A stretch of 64,000 bases of DNA, taken from NCBI GenBank assembly GCA_041650335.1, contig JBAZLK010000002.1, forward strand, positions 41,818-105,817, given 5' to 3'. This DNA comes from Patescibacteria group bacterium. Lineage in GTDB: Bacteria; Patescibacteriota; Patescibacteriia; JAHIZJ01. The notes below the pieces were generated by a model. That model did not search any database. It was given only the letters and a program-made list of their open reading frames with translations, and was not told the DNA's origin. Each line of letters starts with the position of its first letter. Positions within the stretch are counted from its first letter, which is position 1. The translations under genes were made by a program, and so were the position numbers. Below are positions 43,475-55,102 of the stretch, one piece after another.

Positions 43475-46210
43475 TTATAACCGTTCCGCTTTCTCTACCC
43501 GGATCACCCCGCCCGGTTCAAGCACGGCCACGTCGCGGCGGGTAAGCCGGCCTTGGAGTAAATAATTCGCCAATGCGTTATCAACTTTATTTTGGATGAC
43601 GCGCCTGAGCGGCCGGGCGCCGAACGCCGGGTCGTATCCTTCCCGGACCAATTCCTGGATTGCCTCCGGCGTGGCCCGGAGCGTAATCCCCTTTTCTATG
43701 AGACGCTTCTGCACTTCAGCCAGGAGTAAAACGGCGACCTGATATAATTCGGCTTCGCTCAGCGGCGTAAATACCATAATTCCGTCGAACCGGTTGAGAA
43801 ACTCAGGCCGGAAATACTTACCCAGTTCTTTATTGACCAGTTCGTCCCGGATCTGGACCGCCGGCGTTTTTTCCCGGACGCGCTGCTGAATCAGCGGCGT
43901 GCCGGCATTCGAGGTCGCGATCAAAATAACATTCGTAAAATCGATGGTCCGGCCGAGCGAATCAGTCAAGCGGCCGTCATCCATGACCTGCAAGAATACG
44001 TTGAGAATATCCGGATGGGCTTTTTCTATTTCATCCAGAAGCAGCAAGGCAAACGGCGTCCGGCGGACCGCTTCCGTCAAATAGCCGCCTTCTTCGCCCT
44101 TAGTCATGCCCGGCGGCGCGCCGATCAAGCGATCGATGCTCTTACTCTCCTGATATTCAGACATATCGATACGGATCATCGATTTTTCCGAACCGAAGTG
44201 CGTCTCGGCTACAGTTTTCGCCAGTTCGGTTTTTCCGACACCGGTCGGACCGAGGAAAAGCAAATTGACGATTGGTCGTTTCGCATCCCGCAGCTCGGCT
44301 CGAGCGCGACGCAGAGCGGCTGCGACCATTTTTACCGCTTCATCCTGTCCGATCAACCGTTGATGCAACCGTTCTTCCAAATGAAGGAGTTTTTCACTTT
44401 CCCGTTCTGAAACCTGGGTCACCGGCACTTTAACGAGCGCGGATACGACCTGGGCAACATCCTCGGCCACCACAATCTTCTTTTTTCCGCGCGTCCGACG
44501 GACATAGGAAGCTACCTCTTCTAACAACTGGATTGCCTTTTCAGGAAAGAAACGTTCATGGATATACCGCTTGGCGTGTTTGACAATGGCCGCGATTGCT
44601 TTGTAAGAAAAATATACTTTTTGCTGAGACTCAACGGCGCCGACGCGAGCCTCGAGCACGTGGATCGTCTGAGTTTCATCCATCTCTTCAACCGGTATTT
44701 TAAACAGCGTTCCGCCGAGCGCTGAGTTCTCGACATAGCGCCGGTATTCGATCATATTTGAGGTCGCGATGACGATAAACGCCTTTTTCCGCAAATACTC
44801 ATCAAATACTTCTGAGAGGTCGAGGCCCTCCCCTCGCTCGGAGGTAATGCCGACCATGTTGTGGATGTCGAAAATGCAGAGAATAATATTCCCTGCCTTG
44901 ACGACCTCGGCGAAAATCCGCATCAGCCGTTCTTCAAGCTCGCCCGGCTTTGTAGCGCCGGCGACCAGAGCGGCCAGACTGATGCTGACTAAACGTTTAT
45001 CCTGAAAAATCGGCGGCACGTCTTCGGTGACCATGCGCTGCGCCAATCCTTTAATGATTGTTTTGCGGCCGACGCCCGGCTGACCGACCAGGACCACCCC
45101 GTTGTTTCCGGCTTCAACGGTTCGAAAAACGGATTCGATTTCTTGATCCCGGCCGACGCAGTATTCCAGGTAGCCGGCCCGGGCCAACTGCGTCAGGTCT
45201 TGGCTGAAGCGGTCCAAATACGGCGTCATGACCGCGGTCATGGCCCGGTTCATTTCGTTCTTTGGTTTGAAACGAGCGCGGGAACGGTATCGCCGGTAAT
45301 ACCGGCCGAGGGTATTCTGAAGCGTCAGCCAGGTCGCGACATTGCGGAGGTCGTCCATTTCAACGCCAACGTCGTAGAGTATTTCCTGAGCCTGCTGGCC
45401 GGTTTTTGACAAGGCAATGAACAGGTCGGTTATTTCAACCTGTTCAGCCCGGCGGCGGTAGGCTTCTTCATAGGCAGCCAAGAGTAATTGCTGAAACTCA
45501 GTTGACAACGGAGGATTTAGTTTCAGCGGCCGGCCCTTCGAAGCCAGGCCACGCTTTACCTTCTCAGCGATGATTGCCGGATTGACGCCGAGCCGAGCAA
45601 ATAACATTTGGATGGCTTCCTCGCGCAAACTCATCGCGAGAAGGTGGAGCGGTTCAACCAAGGGGTGATTACACGAGCTGGCGAAATAGACGGCGCTCTG
45701 GACCAGCTGAGCCGAGTCAGGATGAAATGTCTCGGCGATATTAACCCAATCCTTTTTTGGGATGGCTAAAATTCTACTCTCATCCATTTCAATAAACTCG
45801 GCCGAGACAAGCGGTTGGTGTTCTATCTTTGTTCGGCGCTGCCGCTCCCAGGAAAAGCTGAAGACCAAATACGCGATCATGACAACCGCGATCCAAAATC
45901 CGAGAAATTCGGGTTCACTGGCCGTTGCTAAGTCTTGCCAACGTATTCCCGCCTGCCAGAGATCGCGCAGTCGGAGCGCGCCCATGCCGACGCCAAGGGC
46001 GGCGAAGATTATCAAGAGTATTCGAAATACGTTCCGCCCGATCCGCGTGACATCGCGCACCAAGTTGTTTAATTCGTCAACCGCTCGGCCCCAGTAGACA
46101 ACCCGGCCGTTAAACCAACCGATTATTTTTTCGCTTTGAGAGTTTTTTCGAGACTCGCCCGGCCAAGCGATATACCTTAGCGGCGGGAAAGCCGGTGATC
46201 GATCGATCAT
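43475..46210 (-). CDS. Clp/Hsp100 ATPase with N-terminal TM helices
   Basis: Two N-terminal TM segments, Clp-N repeats, degenerate D1, intact D2 (GPTGVGKT, LLLDEIEKAH, PEFLNR, GARPLRR). Confidence 0.93.
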   Translation of the reverse strand: MIDRSPAFPPLRYIAWPGESRKNSQSEKIIGWFNGRVVYWGRAVDELNNLVRDVTRIGRNVFRILLIIFAALGVGMGALRLRDLWQAGIRWQDLATASEPEFLGFWIAVVMIAYLVFSFSWERQRRTKIEHQPLVSAEFIEMDESRILAIPKKDWVNIAETFHPDSAQLVQSAVYFASSCNHPLVEPLHLLAMSLREEAIQMLFARLGVNPAIIAEKVKRGLASKGRPLKLNPPLSTEFQQLLLAAYEEAYRRRAEQVEITDLFIALSKTGQQAQEILYDVGVEMDDLRNVATWLTLQNTLGRYYRRYRSRARFKPKNEMNRAMTAVMTPYLDRFSQDLTQLARAGYLEYCVGRDQEIESVFRTVEAGNNGVVLVGQPGVGRKTIIKGLAQRMVTEDVPPIFQDKRLVSISLAALVAGATKPGELEERLMRIFAEVVKAGNIILCIFDIHNMVGITSERGEGLDLSEVFDEYLRKKAFIVIATSNMIEYRRYVENSALGGTLFKIPVEEMDETQTIHVLEARVGAVESQQKVYFSYKAIAAIVKHAKRYIHERFFPEKAIQLLEEVASYVRRTRGKKKIVVAEDVAQVVSALVKVPVTQVSERESEKLLHLEERLHQRLIGQDEAVKMVAAALRRARAELRDAKRPIVNLLFLGPTGVGKTELAKTVAETHFGSEKSMIRIDMSEYQESKSIDRLIGAPPGMTKGEEGGYLTEAVRRTPFALLLLDEIEKAHPDILNVFLQVMDDGRLTDSLGRTIDFTNVILIATSNAGTPLIQQRVREKTPAVQIRDELVNKELGKYFRPEFLNRFDGIMVFTPLSEAELYQVAVLLLAEVQKRLIEKGITLRATPEAIQELVREGYDPAFGARPLRRVIQNKVDNALANYLLQGRLTRRDVAVLEPGGVIRVEKAERL

Positions 46211-46572
46211 ACGCCGCTGAGATTAACGATAATGAAATATATTGCTATGGGCAACCAGCCGAGCCACAGAATCATCAGGAGAAAAAAGAAGGCAAACGAC
46301 ACGGCCATAATCACCATTGATACGCCGAGTTGCAGCACACGGAAGACAAAGCTGATCATCCGGCCGCTCTTCGTATAATCGGCATACATGGGCTGGAAAA
46401 GGTATTTCAAGAGTATGCCCAGACCGAGCGCGTGTTCAACGCCGGCCATTTTTCTCAATACAAAAGCCGCTGTTTGCTTGGTGCCTTTTGTGTACCACCA
46501 GATCGGGAAGTACAAAAAACTCCAAACAACATCAACGGCGAAGAATTTCAGCGTGGTTAAGAGAAAACTCAT
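46207..46572 (-). CDS. Small membrane protein translationally coupled to the Clp ATPase
   Basis: ATGA overlap; FPIWWYTKG; promoter TTGCCA-17-TATAAT upstream. Confidence 0.85.
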   Translation of the reverse strand: MSFLLTTLKFFAVDVVWSFLYFPIWWYTKGTKQTAAFVLRKMAGVEHALGLGILLKYLFQPMYADYTKSGRMISFVFRVLQLGVSMVIMAVSFAFFFLLMILWLGWLPIAIYFIIVNLSGV

Positions 46573-46694
46573 ATTTTTGTTTTATAATGTAATTATATCA
46601 CATTTTTTCATTTTTGGCAAATTCCATACCCCGGAAAAAAGCCCACTGTCGGACAGTGGGTGCGTCTGGCAGCACGTGCTCATGTTCGGGTGAA

Positions 46695-46931
46695 TTACCC
46701 GTGACACGCGGCTTCATGCCGACACGTGTTGTGGTAGCTGATACCGAGCCCGACGAACGTGGCTCCCAGCCACCACAACCAAAGCTTCCAGGTAAAGCCA
46801 AAGATCGTTGAAACGTAATGGGCGTCAGTGATGCCGAGTAGCGCGCCCAGTCCGGTGATGGCCGAGAGACACATACCGAGCATCAGGACTCCGAGTGCCA
46901 TGAACCACAGCACACATACCACCATGCTCAT
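46695..46931 (-). CDS. Orphan 2-TM protein (78 aa)
   Basis: SD AAGGGGG before ATG 46931; promoter TTGACA-17-TACTGT (46988-47016); terminator CCCACTGT/ACAGTGGG plus U tract. Confidence 0.65.
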   Translation of the reverse strand: MSMVVCVLWFMALGVLMLGMCLSAITGLGALLGITDAHYVSTIFGFTWKLWLWWLGATFVGLGISYHNTCRHEAACHG

Positions 46932-47024
46932 AGGGCCCCCTTCTATATCTGCCACCGTTGATGTGAACTGCACCTTCAAACATCGCAACAGTACCAGGGA
47001 CAGACCGGCGTGTCAATATTTGAG

Positions 47025-48155
<1,131 letters not shown>

Positions 48156-48227
48156 TTATTTATCAAAACAAACCATCCAAATTTTTCATTTTTTTCCGTA
48201 GGAGGAGAGTCATTACTTTTGTATTCT

Positions 48228-50174
48228 CTAATTGCCTTGCCCGATCACTTTTCCTTTTCCGCGCCCGACCGGGTCGTTTGTCAGACTCGTACTCTCGCCA
48301 TCCTGACTGAGCGAGAGTGAGGCTTTGGTAAATGCATCCGTGGCCGCAAACGTGGTTTTATCGATAAGCAGGGCATAATCATTTAATTGATTCCGTGTCG
48401 GCGTCAGACTGACGCTGAATTCAGCCGTCACCGGTGGTGTCTCATGACCGATATAGGCCGGGAGCCTATTTATCCGCCAGGTAACTGACCGCGTTTTGGC
48501 GTCAAAAACTAGCGGTTCGCCGGCTGAGACGCTCCCCTGTCCAACCCAAGCGACCGTACCGGGTAATGTTGTTTTCACAACGACCGTAGAAATATCGTTT
48601 GACGTGTTCTTCAACGACCAAAATATCTTGAAGGTTGTGCTCTGACCGACAACCGGCGGAAACGGCCCGAGGCCGATAACTTCGCCGGCGTCATTATAAT
48701 ACCGTGCCACGACCGAAAGTGTCGGCTGGCTATTTATGACGGCGCTGACCGGGGCGCTTTGGGCTGAGAGCGGCAGGTTCGCTTCCGGTTGGTCGCCAGT
48801 CCGCTGACCGGTGAAATCAACCTGGGCGCGGATTTCAAAATTCTTCTGGTTGACCAGCGTGGTCGGTGGCTCGTGATCAAGACTCACCTCAAAAGCTAAA
48901 CGCACCTTATCTCCCGGTTTTAAGGCTTCAAGTTCCGGAACCGCCTCTTTGTTCCATTGGATTACCAGTCCATCGCGGCTGGCTTTGCTTGAATTGACGA
49001 ATGTTGACCAGTCAATAAACTCTTCCGTGCTGGCCTGCCCGTTGACGAGATATGTGAGCGTCAGCTTCGCCACTCCCTGATCGATTTTTACATCACCGGC
49101 GTTATTCAGTTCAACGGAATATGAAAGCGTATCGCCCCAGTCAACTGCTTGCGTCTGCGTGTCACCGTTTACGCTGGTTGTTACCTGGAGCTGCGGCGCA
49201 ATGAGTAAAATGAGGAACGACTGCTCCGCCTGGACATTCTCTGAGCCGTCACTCTGAACCAAGCCGAATTTAAAATCAAGCTGTTTCTGCGTGCCGGCCT
49301 CACCAGTGAAGGTTCCGGCAAGGCTGATGGTTTTCGTTGAACCGGCCGTGAGCGTCCCGACTTGCCAGGTGCCAGTGAGCTCAAGCTCGGGGTTTGACGA
49401 GCCAAGAGTAAAGCCCTCGGGCCAGCGCGGTGTTATTTTCAGGTTGGTCATGTCGCGCGTTGAGGTGTTTTGGTAGGACAACTCGTAGCCGACCTCTTGC
49501 CCCGCGATAACTTCGCGCGAGCCCTTGAATTCGACTTCGAGACTGGTTGATGTGACCACAACCTCCCAGTCAATTGTTTTCTGGAATTCTGAATTGAAGT
49601 TCGCGGGTCGATAGGATACGGTAGCCGAAAATTTCCGGCTCGTGCCAACTTCACCGACGAGCGTGCCGGAGATTTCGAGGGTTTTTTCATCACCTGGTAA
49701 AAGATCGGGTACCGGCCATTGATTATGGTACTCGGCCGACGTACCGACATTCGAGCTCGTGTAGGTAAATCCGTCGGGATATGTTACGTCAACAACTGAT
49801 TCGGTCAAGGCCACCGCGCCCTGGTTGCGATAGCGCAGTTTCAAGGTAAAGGCATCGCCCGAAACCGCCTGCGTTGCGCCGGTGTAGGAAAAACCGACCT
49901 TCTCTTCTTTAAAAGTATTCTTGCGATTGAATATAAAAAAGCCAACCACCGCCGCACACAGCGCTAAGATTAAAAAAACGATGACGCCGGTTATGATGAT
50001 CTTCCGCCAGTTCCGCGTCTTTCGTTCGAGCTTGGTCAGATCGGGCTTCGAACCGTCTTCCTCAATGAAGATGTCTTTCATCAGCCCCTTGGTCTGACCG
50101 TCAATATGTTTCGTAAACTGAAATTCGTTTTCTGACTCGGGCTCTCTTGATTCTTTCTTTTTTCCCTTGGCCAT
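48228..50174 (-). CDS. Single-TM surface protein with repeated Ig-like (DUF11-like) domains
   Basis: Start at MAKGKKK after a TTGCCA-17-TATTAT promoter; TM then repeated Y.N.G...P.GF.Y.SS.P...W...L units. Confidence 0.85.
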   Translation of the reverse strand: MAKGKKKESREPESENEFQFTKHIDGQTKGLMKDIFIEEDGSKPDLTKLERKTRNWRKIIITGVIVFLILALCAAVVGFFIFNRKNTFKEEKVGFSYTGATQAVSGDAFTLKLRYRNQGAVALTESVVDVTYPDGFTYTSSNVGTSAEYHNQWPVPDLLPGDEKTLEISGTLVGEVGTSRKFSATVSYRPANFNSEFQKTIDWEVVVTSTSLEVEFKGSREVIAGQEVGYELSYQNTSTRDMTNLKITPRWPEGFTLGSSNPELELTGTWQVGTLTAGSTKTISLAGTFTGEAGTQKQLDFKFGLVQSDGSENVQAEQSFLILLIAPQLQVTTSVNGDTQTQAVDWGDTLSYSVELNNAGDVKIDQGVAKLTLTYLVNGQASTEEFIDWSTFVNSSKASRDGLVIQWNKEAVPELEALKPGDKVRLAFEVSLDHEPPTTLVNQKNFEIRAQVDFTGQRTGDQPEANLPLSAQSAPVSAVINSQPTLSVVARYYNDAGEVIGLGPFPPVVGQSTTFKIFWSLKNTSNDISTVVVKTTLPGTVAWVGQGSVSAGEPLVFDAKTRSVTWRINRLPAYIGHETPPVTAEFSVSLTPTRNQLNDYALLIDKTTFAATDAFTKASLSLSQDGESTSLTNDPVGRGKGKVIGQGN

Positions 50175-50259
50175 AGTAAAGAGAATAATAACATTTTTGC
50201 CGAATTTTGGCAAATGAAAAAGGGGTCGCTCGTGAGCTCCCCCGCCAGACAGCCGCCGT

Positions 50260-50415
50260 TCACGGCCAGACGGAAATGAGCAGCGTGGCCACAATGACCA
50301 GCAGAAAACAGAGACCAAACACTCGAAGGGCCCGACGCTGACCAGCCGTATCCGGACGGCAACCGGTCAGAAGATCGGGTACCGGCCGATCATACACGGG
50401 TATGAATCTCTGCAT
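50260..50415 (-). CDS. Putative 51-aa C-terminally anchored protein
   Basis: MQRFIPVYDRPVPDLLTGCRPDTAGQRRALRVFGLCFLLVIVATLLISVWP; G-rich SD; promoter TTGACG-16-TACACT (50467-50494). Confidence 0.55.
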   Translation of the reverse strand: MQRFIPVYDRPVPDLLTGCRPDTAGQRRALRVFGLCFLLVIVATLLISVWP

Positions 50416-50494
50416 ACGCCCCCCCCTGGACATGCTGGCGTTTGACGATTGCGGAACACGGTCACAAGTGTACTCTTTTTTTGGCGCCCGTCAA

Positions 50495-51292
50495 CTAGAC
50501 GGTCGGCTTTCTCCGGAGCAACCAGGTCACGAATCGTTGTGACTGCGGGGTGTATTCCGTATGGTAGGTAACGAATTTATCAATAAATGATTTCACCTCG
50601 GCGAGCTGGTCAACACTAACGCGCAATTTTCCGATCGAGGCGTAGGTCTGGCGCAGAACGTACCGGAGCGTCCGGATGGCCGCGCCGGAGATGGCGAGGT
50701 GCGAGCCAGACCGCGCCGACGCAGCTTGGCAGCGCTGACAGACGATTCCGCCGAGCGAAAAATAGTACGTGTTTCCGTCCGGCTGAAGCCGTCGCTGGCA
50801 GATTACGCACCGATGTAAACTGGGTTGGTAGCCGATCCGGCTCATCAGTTTTATGACAAAAGCGACGAGGAATAGAAACCCGTGATAATAATCGCGCTTT
50901 TTCGTCACTGCCAGACGCTCAAACTGCTGCCAGGTAGAATAGGTCAAGTTAAAAATCATCGGATCGGCTTGCCGAACTTGGATAACGTGCTCCAAAAGCT
51001 CGGCCGTATAATCCGCCCAGGCCTTCCGGACCAGCGACTGCGACAGCGCATTGAAACGGTGGCGCACGGTACTGGCAGCAACCGTATCGTAACTCTTCCC
51101 TTGCGCGATCAGTAATTGCGTATGCAAAAACGGCTCGAGATGAGCCGCCAGTTTACTTCTCATTTTCGCAGCGCCGCGGGCAATGAGCTCAAGCTTGCCG
51201 CGGTCAGGCGTCAGGACGACAATCAAACGGTCAGCCTCACGAAAAGGTTTCCGACGTATGATTAACGCCTCGGTCCGGTAAGTAAAAGACAT
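50495..51292 (-). CDS. recO: DNA repair protein RecO
   Basis: EADR..., ARGA.K..SKL, GYQP, CVIC and CQRC zinc finger. Confidence 0.93.
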   Translation of the reverse strand: MSFTYRTEALIIRRKPFREADRLIVVLTPDRGKLELIARGAAKMRSKLAAHLEPFLHTQLLIAQGKSYDTVAASTVRHRFNALSQSLVRKAWADYTAELLEHVIQVRQADPMIFNLTYSTWQQFERLAVTKKRDYYHGFLFLVAFVIKLMSRIGYQPSLHRCVICQRRLQPDGNTYYFSLGGIVCQRCQAASARSGSHLAISGAAIRTLRYVLRQTYASIGKLRVSVDQLAEVKSFIDKFVTYHTEYTPQSQRFVTWLLRRKPTV

Positions 51293-54243
51293 TAGCTGGT
51301 TTTCTTAATCCCAATCCTGGCGGACCATTGGTCGTGTTGAAAATCACAACTGGCAGACCAATCTTTGTCATTTAACGGTCCGAATTCTATCTCTTCGGCA
51401 ATGGTATCACGCTTTATTTGATTTATCAGTCCGGCCAGCTGGTTTACTATCTCTTGACTGTCAATTCCGATCGTCACCGTATCTCCCCGGGTCAAGCCCA
51501 GTGATTTACGCAAAGCGTTAACTTGTCTGACTATTTCCCGGGCTAAACCCTGACGCTGAAGTTTTAGGGTCAGCTGAGTATTTAAGGCTAAGGCCGTTTC
51601 TCCGTCTCCCGTTTTTATCCAGCCTGGTTCTTCCGGCAAGCTTGTTCGACAACTCACCTCAAGGACATTAACCTCGTCTTTTAGAACCTCACACAGTTCC
51701 GGAGAAAGTTGGGATTTAACGACCAACTCGGCCAGCGGCTGGCGCACCTTGATTCCTTGTTCAGACCTTACCCGATGCGCGATCTCGGCCAGGTGGCGAA
51801 TTAAGCTCATGTTCTTCAGTAAACTTTCGTCCGATTGACCAGCTGTTTTGGGCCATGGCTCAAGATGCACACTCTCCTTTTCTCCATGGATCTCGCGATA
51901 AACTGCTTCGGCGTAGAACGGGATAAACGGAGCTAGTAAAATTGACAGTTGCCGGAGGATGTAGCCAAGCATAGCCGCAGAATTTTTTCGGTCACCTGTC
52001 TTAAACCGGTCGCGGCTCCTACGAATATACCAAATGGAAAGATCGTTTATAAACCCTGACAAAGCGCGTGTGGATTCAATTATGTGATAATGATCTAGTT
52101 CGGCCGTTACCGTACTGTTCAATTCGTCAAACCTAGCCAATAGCCACCGATCTATAATGTGTTGTGATCCTGGTGGTTTGATCGGCGGCCCACCGCCCAT
52201 CCGATACATAGTGAAAAAGCTGACAACATTCCAAAGAATAATGAAATTTTTCTTGACGACCTCGCGGATACCCTCGGGGTCGAAGCGTTTGTAGTCGCCG
52301 GGCTGATTGACCGTATACAAATACCAACGGATCGGATCAATGCCGAATTCGTTGATGGCTGCCCAGGGATCGACAACGTTCCCGATGTGCTTACTCATTT
52401 TCACACCCTTGGCATCAAGCACGTGGCCGAGACAAATGACGTTTTTATACGGCGGCTGGTCATAGCCGAGCGCGGTGAAGACCGCCAGGAGCGTGTAAAA
52501 CCACCCGCGCGTCTGGTCGATGGCTTCGGCAATATATTCGCCCGGGAAACTCAGGCCTTTTTCAATCCGCTCTTTGTTCTCAAACGGATAGTGCCATTGC
52601 GCGAACGGCATGGAGCCGGAATCAAACCAGGTGTCGGCCACTTCCGGTATCCGCCTCATCCGGCCGTCACAGTCACACCGCCAATTCAAGGCGTCAACAA
52701 ACGGCCGATGCGGATCAAATGAGTCTGAAACGACATTTTTATCACCGGTCTTATCGGCTAATTCTTGATAGCTGCCAAGGCACTCCCGTTTGCCGCAACG
52801 GTCGCATTCCCAGATCGGGATCGGCGTACCCCAATAGCGTTCGCGCGAAATCGCCCAGTCTTTGATCTCGTTCAGCCACTCGCCAAACCGGCCGTATTTG
52901 ATATATTCCGGCACCCAGGCGATTTGCTCGTTGTTTTTTAACAGCTGTTCGCGCAATTTTGACATGGCAATGAACCAGGAATCCTTAGCATAGTACAAAA
53001 GCGGACTGTGACAGCGCCAGCAAAAAGGATAATCATGCTCATACGGCTCTTCTTTGTATAATAAATTTCGTTCCCTTAGCGAATCGACAATGGCCCGGCT
53101 CGTTTTTTCATCTTTCACATATTGGCCGGCAAATTCTTTCACGTCTTTCGTAAAATGCCCGTCCGTCGTCACCGTGTGATGCTTCGGTAACCCAACTTTT
53201 GAGCCGAGCTGGTAATCGTCTTCACCGTACATGACCGCGGTGTGAACGACGCCTGTGCCCTCGTCCGTGGTGACAAAATCGGCGGCGTACACCTTAAATG
53301 CGTTTTCGTATCCTTTTGTGTCCTTCGGAATCGCACCAGGGAAAAGTGGTTCGTACTCGACGCCGACCAAATCGGCTCCGATAACATCTGCCTGGAAACC
53401 CAAAGAAGCTCCGTCTTTTTCTTGTTTAAGCACTGCCTCACCACCAACTAGTCTGTCTGGACGACTGTGCACAATAATAAAACGATCACCATTTTCATTC
53501 GGATTTGTTATTCCATACCTCTCATTAGCATTTACTGCCAACGCAACATTCCCGGGTAGCGTCCATGGCGTTGTTGTCCAGGAAAGGATATAATCCCCTT
53601 CCTTAATTTTTCCTTTTGCCTTTTTAATTTTAAATTTCACATAGACCGAGTTCTCTGTGACTTTCTGATACCCTTGCGCCACCTCATGCGATGACAAAGC
53701 AGTCTCGCAGCGCGGACAATGCGGCACAACCTTGTAATCCTTTATGAGCAGCTTTCTCTCCCAGAGCTGTTTGAAAATCCACCAAAGCGATTCAATATAG
53801 GGCTTTTCGTAGGTAATATACGGATGCTCCAGATCAAGCCAATAGCCGATGCGTTCAGTCATCTTTTCCCATTCGGCCTTGTATTTCCAGACGCTTTTTC
53901 TACATTCATTGTTAAATTTTTCGATGCCGTAGTCCTCAATATCGCGTTTGCCCGAGACGCCGATCTGCTTTTCAACCTCGAGCTCGACCGGCAAGCCCTG
54001 GGTGTCCCAGCCGGCTTTCCGCTCGACGAAAAACCCGCGCATGGTTTTATAGCGGCAGACCACGTCCTTGAAAATCCGGGCCAGGACGTGGCCGATATGC
54101 GGCAAACCGTTGGCCGTCGGCGGACCTTCAAAAAAAACAAAACGCTTCCCTTTGGCCGTCTGGGTAAGGGTTTTTTGGAAAACATTGTTTTTCTTCCAGT
54201 CGGCGAGAATCGCTTGTTCCAGCTCTGGAAACTTTGGGATCAT
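51292..54243 (-). CDS. ileS: Isoleucine-tRNA ligase, type 2
   Basis: EGPPTANGLPHIGH, WTTTPWTLPGN, GTGVVH, DWAISRERYWGTP, DQTRGWFY, KMSKH. Confidence 0.97.
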   Translation of the reverse strand: MIPKFPELEQAILADWKKNNVFQKTLTQTAKGKRFVFFEGPPTANGLPHIGHVLARIFKDVVCRYKTMRGFFVERKAGWDTQGLPVELEVEKQIGVSGKRDIEDYGIEKFNNECRKSVWKYKAEWEKMTERIGYWLDLEHPYITYEKPYIESLWWIFKQLWERKLLIKDYKVVPHCPRCETALSSHEVAQGYQKVTENSVYVKFKIKKAKGKIKEGDYILSWTTTPWTLPGNVALAVNANERYGITNPNENGDRFIIVHSRPDRLVGGEAVLKQEKDGASLGFQADVIGADLVGVEYEPLFPGAIPKDTKGYENAFKVYAADFVTTDEGTGVVHTAVMYGEDDYQLGSKVGLPKHHTVTTDGHFTKDVKEFAGQYVKDEKTSRAIVDSLRERNLLYKEEPYEHDYPFCWRCHSPLLYYAKDSWFIAMSKLREQLLKNNEQIAWVPEYIKYGRFGEWLNEIKDWAISRERYWGTPIPIWECDRCGKRECLGSYQELADKTGDKNVVSDSFDPHRPFVDALNWRCDCDGRMRRIPEVADTWFDSGSMPFAQWHYPFENKERIEKGLSFPGEYIAEAIDQTRGWFYTLLAVFTALGYDQPPYKNVICLGHVLDAKGVKMSKHIGNVVDPWAAINEFGIDPIRWYLYTVNQPGDYKRFDPEGIREVVKKNFIILWNVVSFFTMYRMGGGPPIKPPGSQHIIDRWLLARFDELNSTVTAELDHYHIIESTRALSGFINDLSIWYIRRSRDRFKTGDRKNSAAMLGYILRQLSILLAPFIPFYAEAVYREIHGEKESVHLEPWPKTAGQSDESLLKNMSLIRHLAEIAHRVRSEQGIKVRQPLAELVVKSQLSPELCEVLKDEVNVLEVSCRTSLPEEPGWIKTGDGETALALNTQLTLKLQRQGLAREIVRQVNALRKSLGLTRGDTVTIGIDSQEIVNQLAGLINQIKRDTIAEEIEFGPLNDKDWSASCDFQHDQWSARIGIKKTS

Positions 54244-54331
54244 GGTATCACTGTTGCCCTCAGAATAAAAAAACTGCGCCCCCCTATTATAGGAAAAAAC
54301 GCGCGCGCTGGCAAGCGGTTGGTTTTCCGGA

Positions 54332-54712
54332 CTAGGCCAGCGCCTTTTCTATTTCTTCGATTATTTTTGCCAGAGAAACCTGCGTCTTGATGAAATAATC
54401 CAAGGCGCCCAAGCGCAACGCCTCTTTTTTTATCTTCTCATCGTCAACATTGCTCAGCATGATTACTTTTATCGCCCTGGTGCTTGGTTTCGCGCGCAAG
54501 GCTCTGAGCACGTCGACGCCGCTCAGTCCGGGTAAGATGCAATCGAGTAAAACTATGTCCGGCTTGACCTTCTGAATCCGTTGAAGTCCAAGCACGCCGT
54601 CAATCTCTATTTGAACCTTGTAGCCGCTCTTCTCGAGCTTTTCATGCATTGTCTTGGCTAATGTCCGCTCGTCTTCAAGCACAATAACCGAGCGACGGGT
54701 TCGAGAGGCCAT
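54332..54712 (-). CDS. Single-domain response regulator
   Basis: LEDE, VLLD, LSN, FIK receiver residues. Confidence 0.9.
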   Translation of the reverse strand: MASRTRRSVIVLEDERTLAKTMHEKLEKSGYKVQIEIDGVLGLQRIQKVKPDIVLLDCILPGLSGVDVLRALRAKPSTRAIKVIMLSNVDDEKIKKEALRLGALDYFIKTQVSLAKIIEEIEKALA

Positions 54713-54715
54713 ATC

Positions 54716-55102
54716 TTACGAAGTAAGTGATAAGATTTCGACAATTTTTTGGACCACCTCGTCGAGTTTAACATCGGTTTTCACGAAATAGGCGATGGCA
54801 CCGAGTGACTTTGCTTTTTCAAAGTTTGTCGCGCCGGCCAGATTTGAAAATACGATTACGGGGATGTGGCTGGTTTCTTGATTCGCTTTTATCTTCTCGA
54901 GGAATTCAAACCCGTGCATGCGCGGCAAAATAAGATCGAGCAAAACGAGATCGGGCCTCTCGGCTTCGGCGACAGCTAAACCCTCGCTCCCGTCAAACGC
55001 CTTCAGGATCTCAACGTCGTCTCTCTTCAAATGATCGGCGACCGCTTGTAGCACGTCCGGTTCATCTTCGACCAGGAGTATTTTTCGTTTAATATCGGCC
55101 AT
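54716..55102 (-). CDS. Single-domain response regulator
   Basis: VEDE, VLLDLILP, FSN, FVK receiver residues. Confidence 0.92.
   Translation of the reverse strand: MADIKRKILLVEDEPDVLQAVADHLKRDDVEILKAFDGSEGLAVAEAERPDLVLLDLILPRMHGFEFLEKIKANQETSHIPVIVFSNLAGATNFEKAKSLGAIAYFVKTDVKLDEVVQKIVEILSLTS

Noticed and set aside
50175-50318. N-terminal extension of the 696-aa ORF
   Set aside because: Runs through the promoter, a terminator-like hairpin and the separate small ORF; ATG 50174 is better supported.
54244-54331. T-box leader upstream of ileS (also checked glyQS, argS, metG, pheS)
   Set aside because: Leaders are too short and no T-box consensus is visible; ileS has a TTGCCA-17-TATAAT promoter close to its start.
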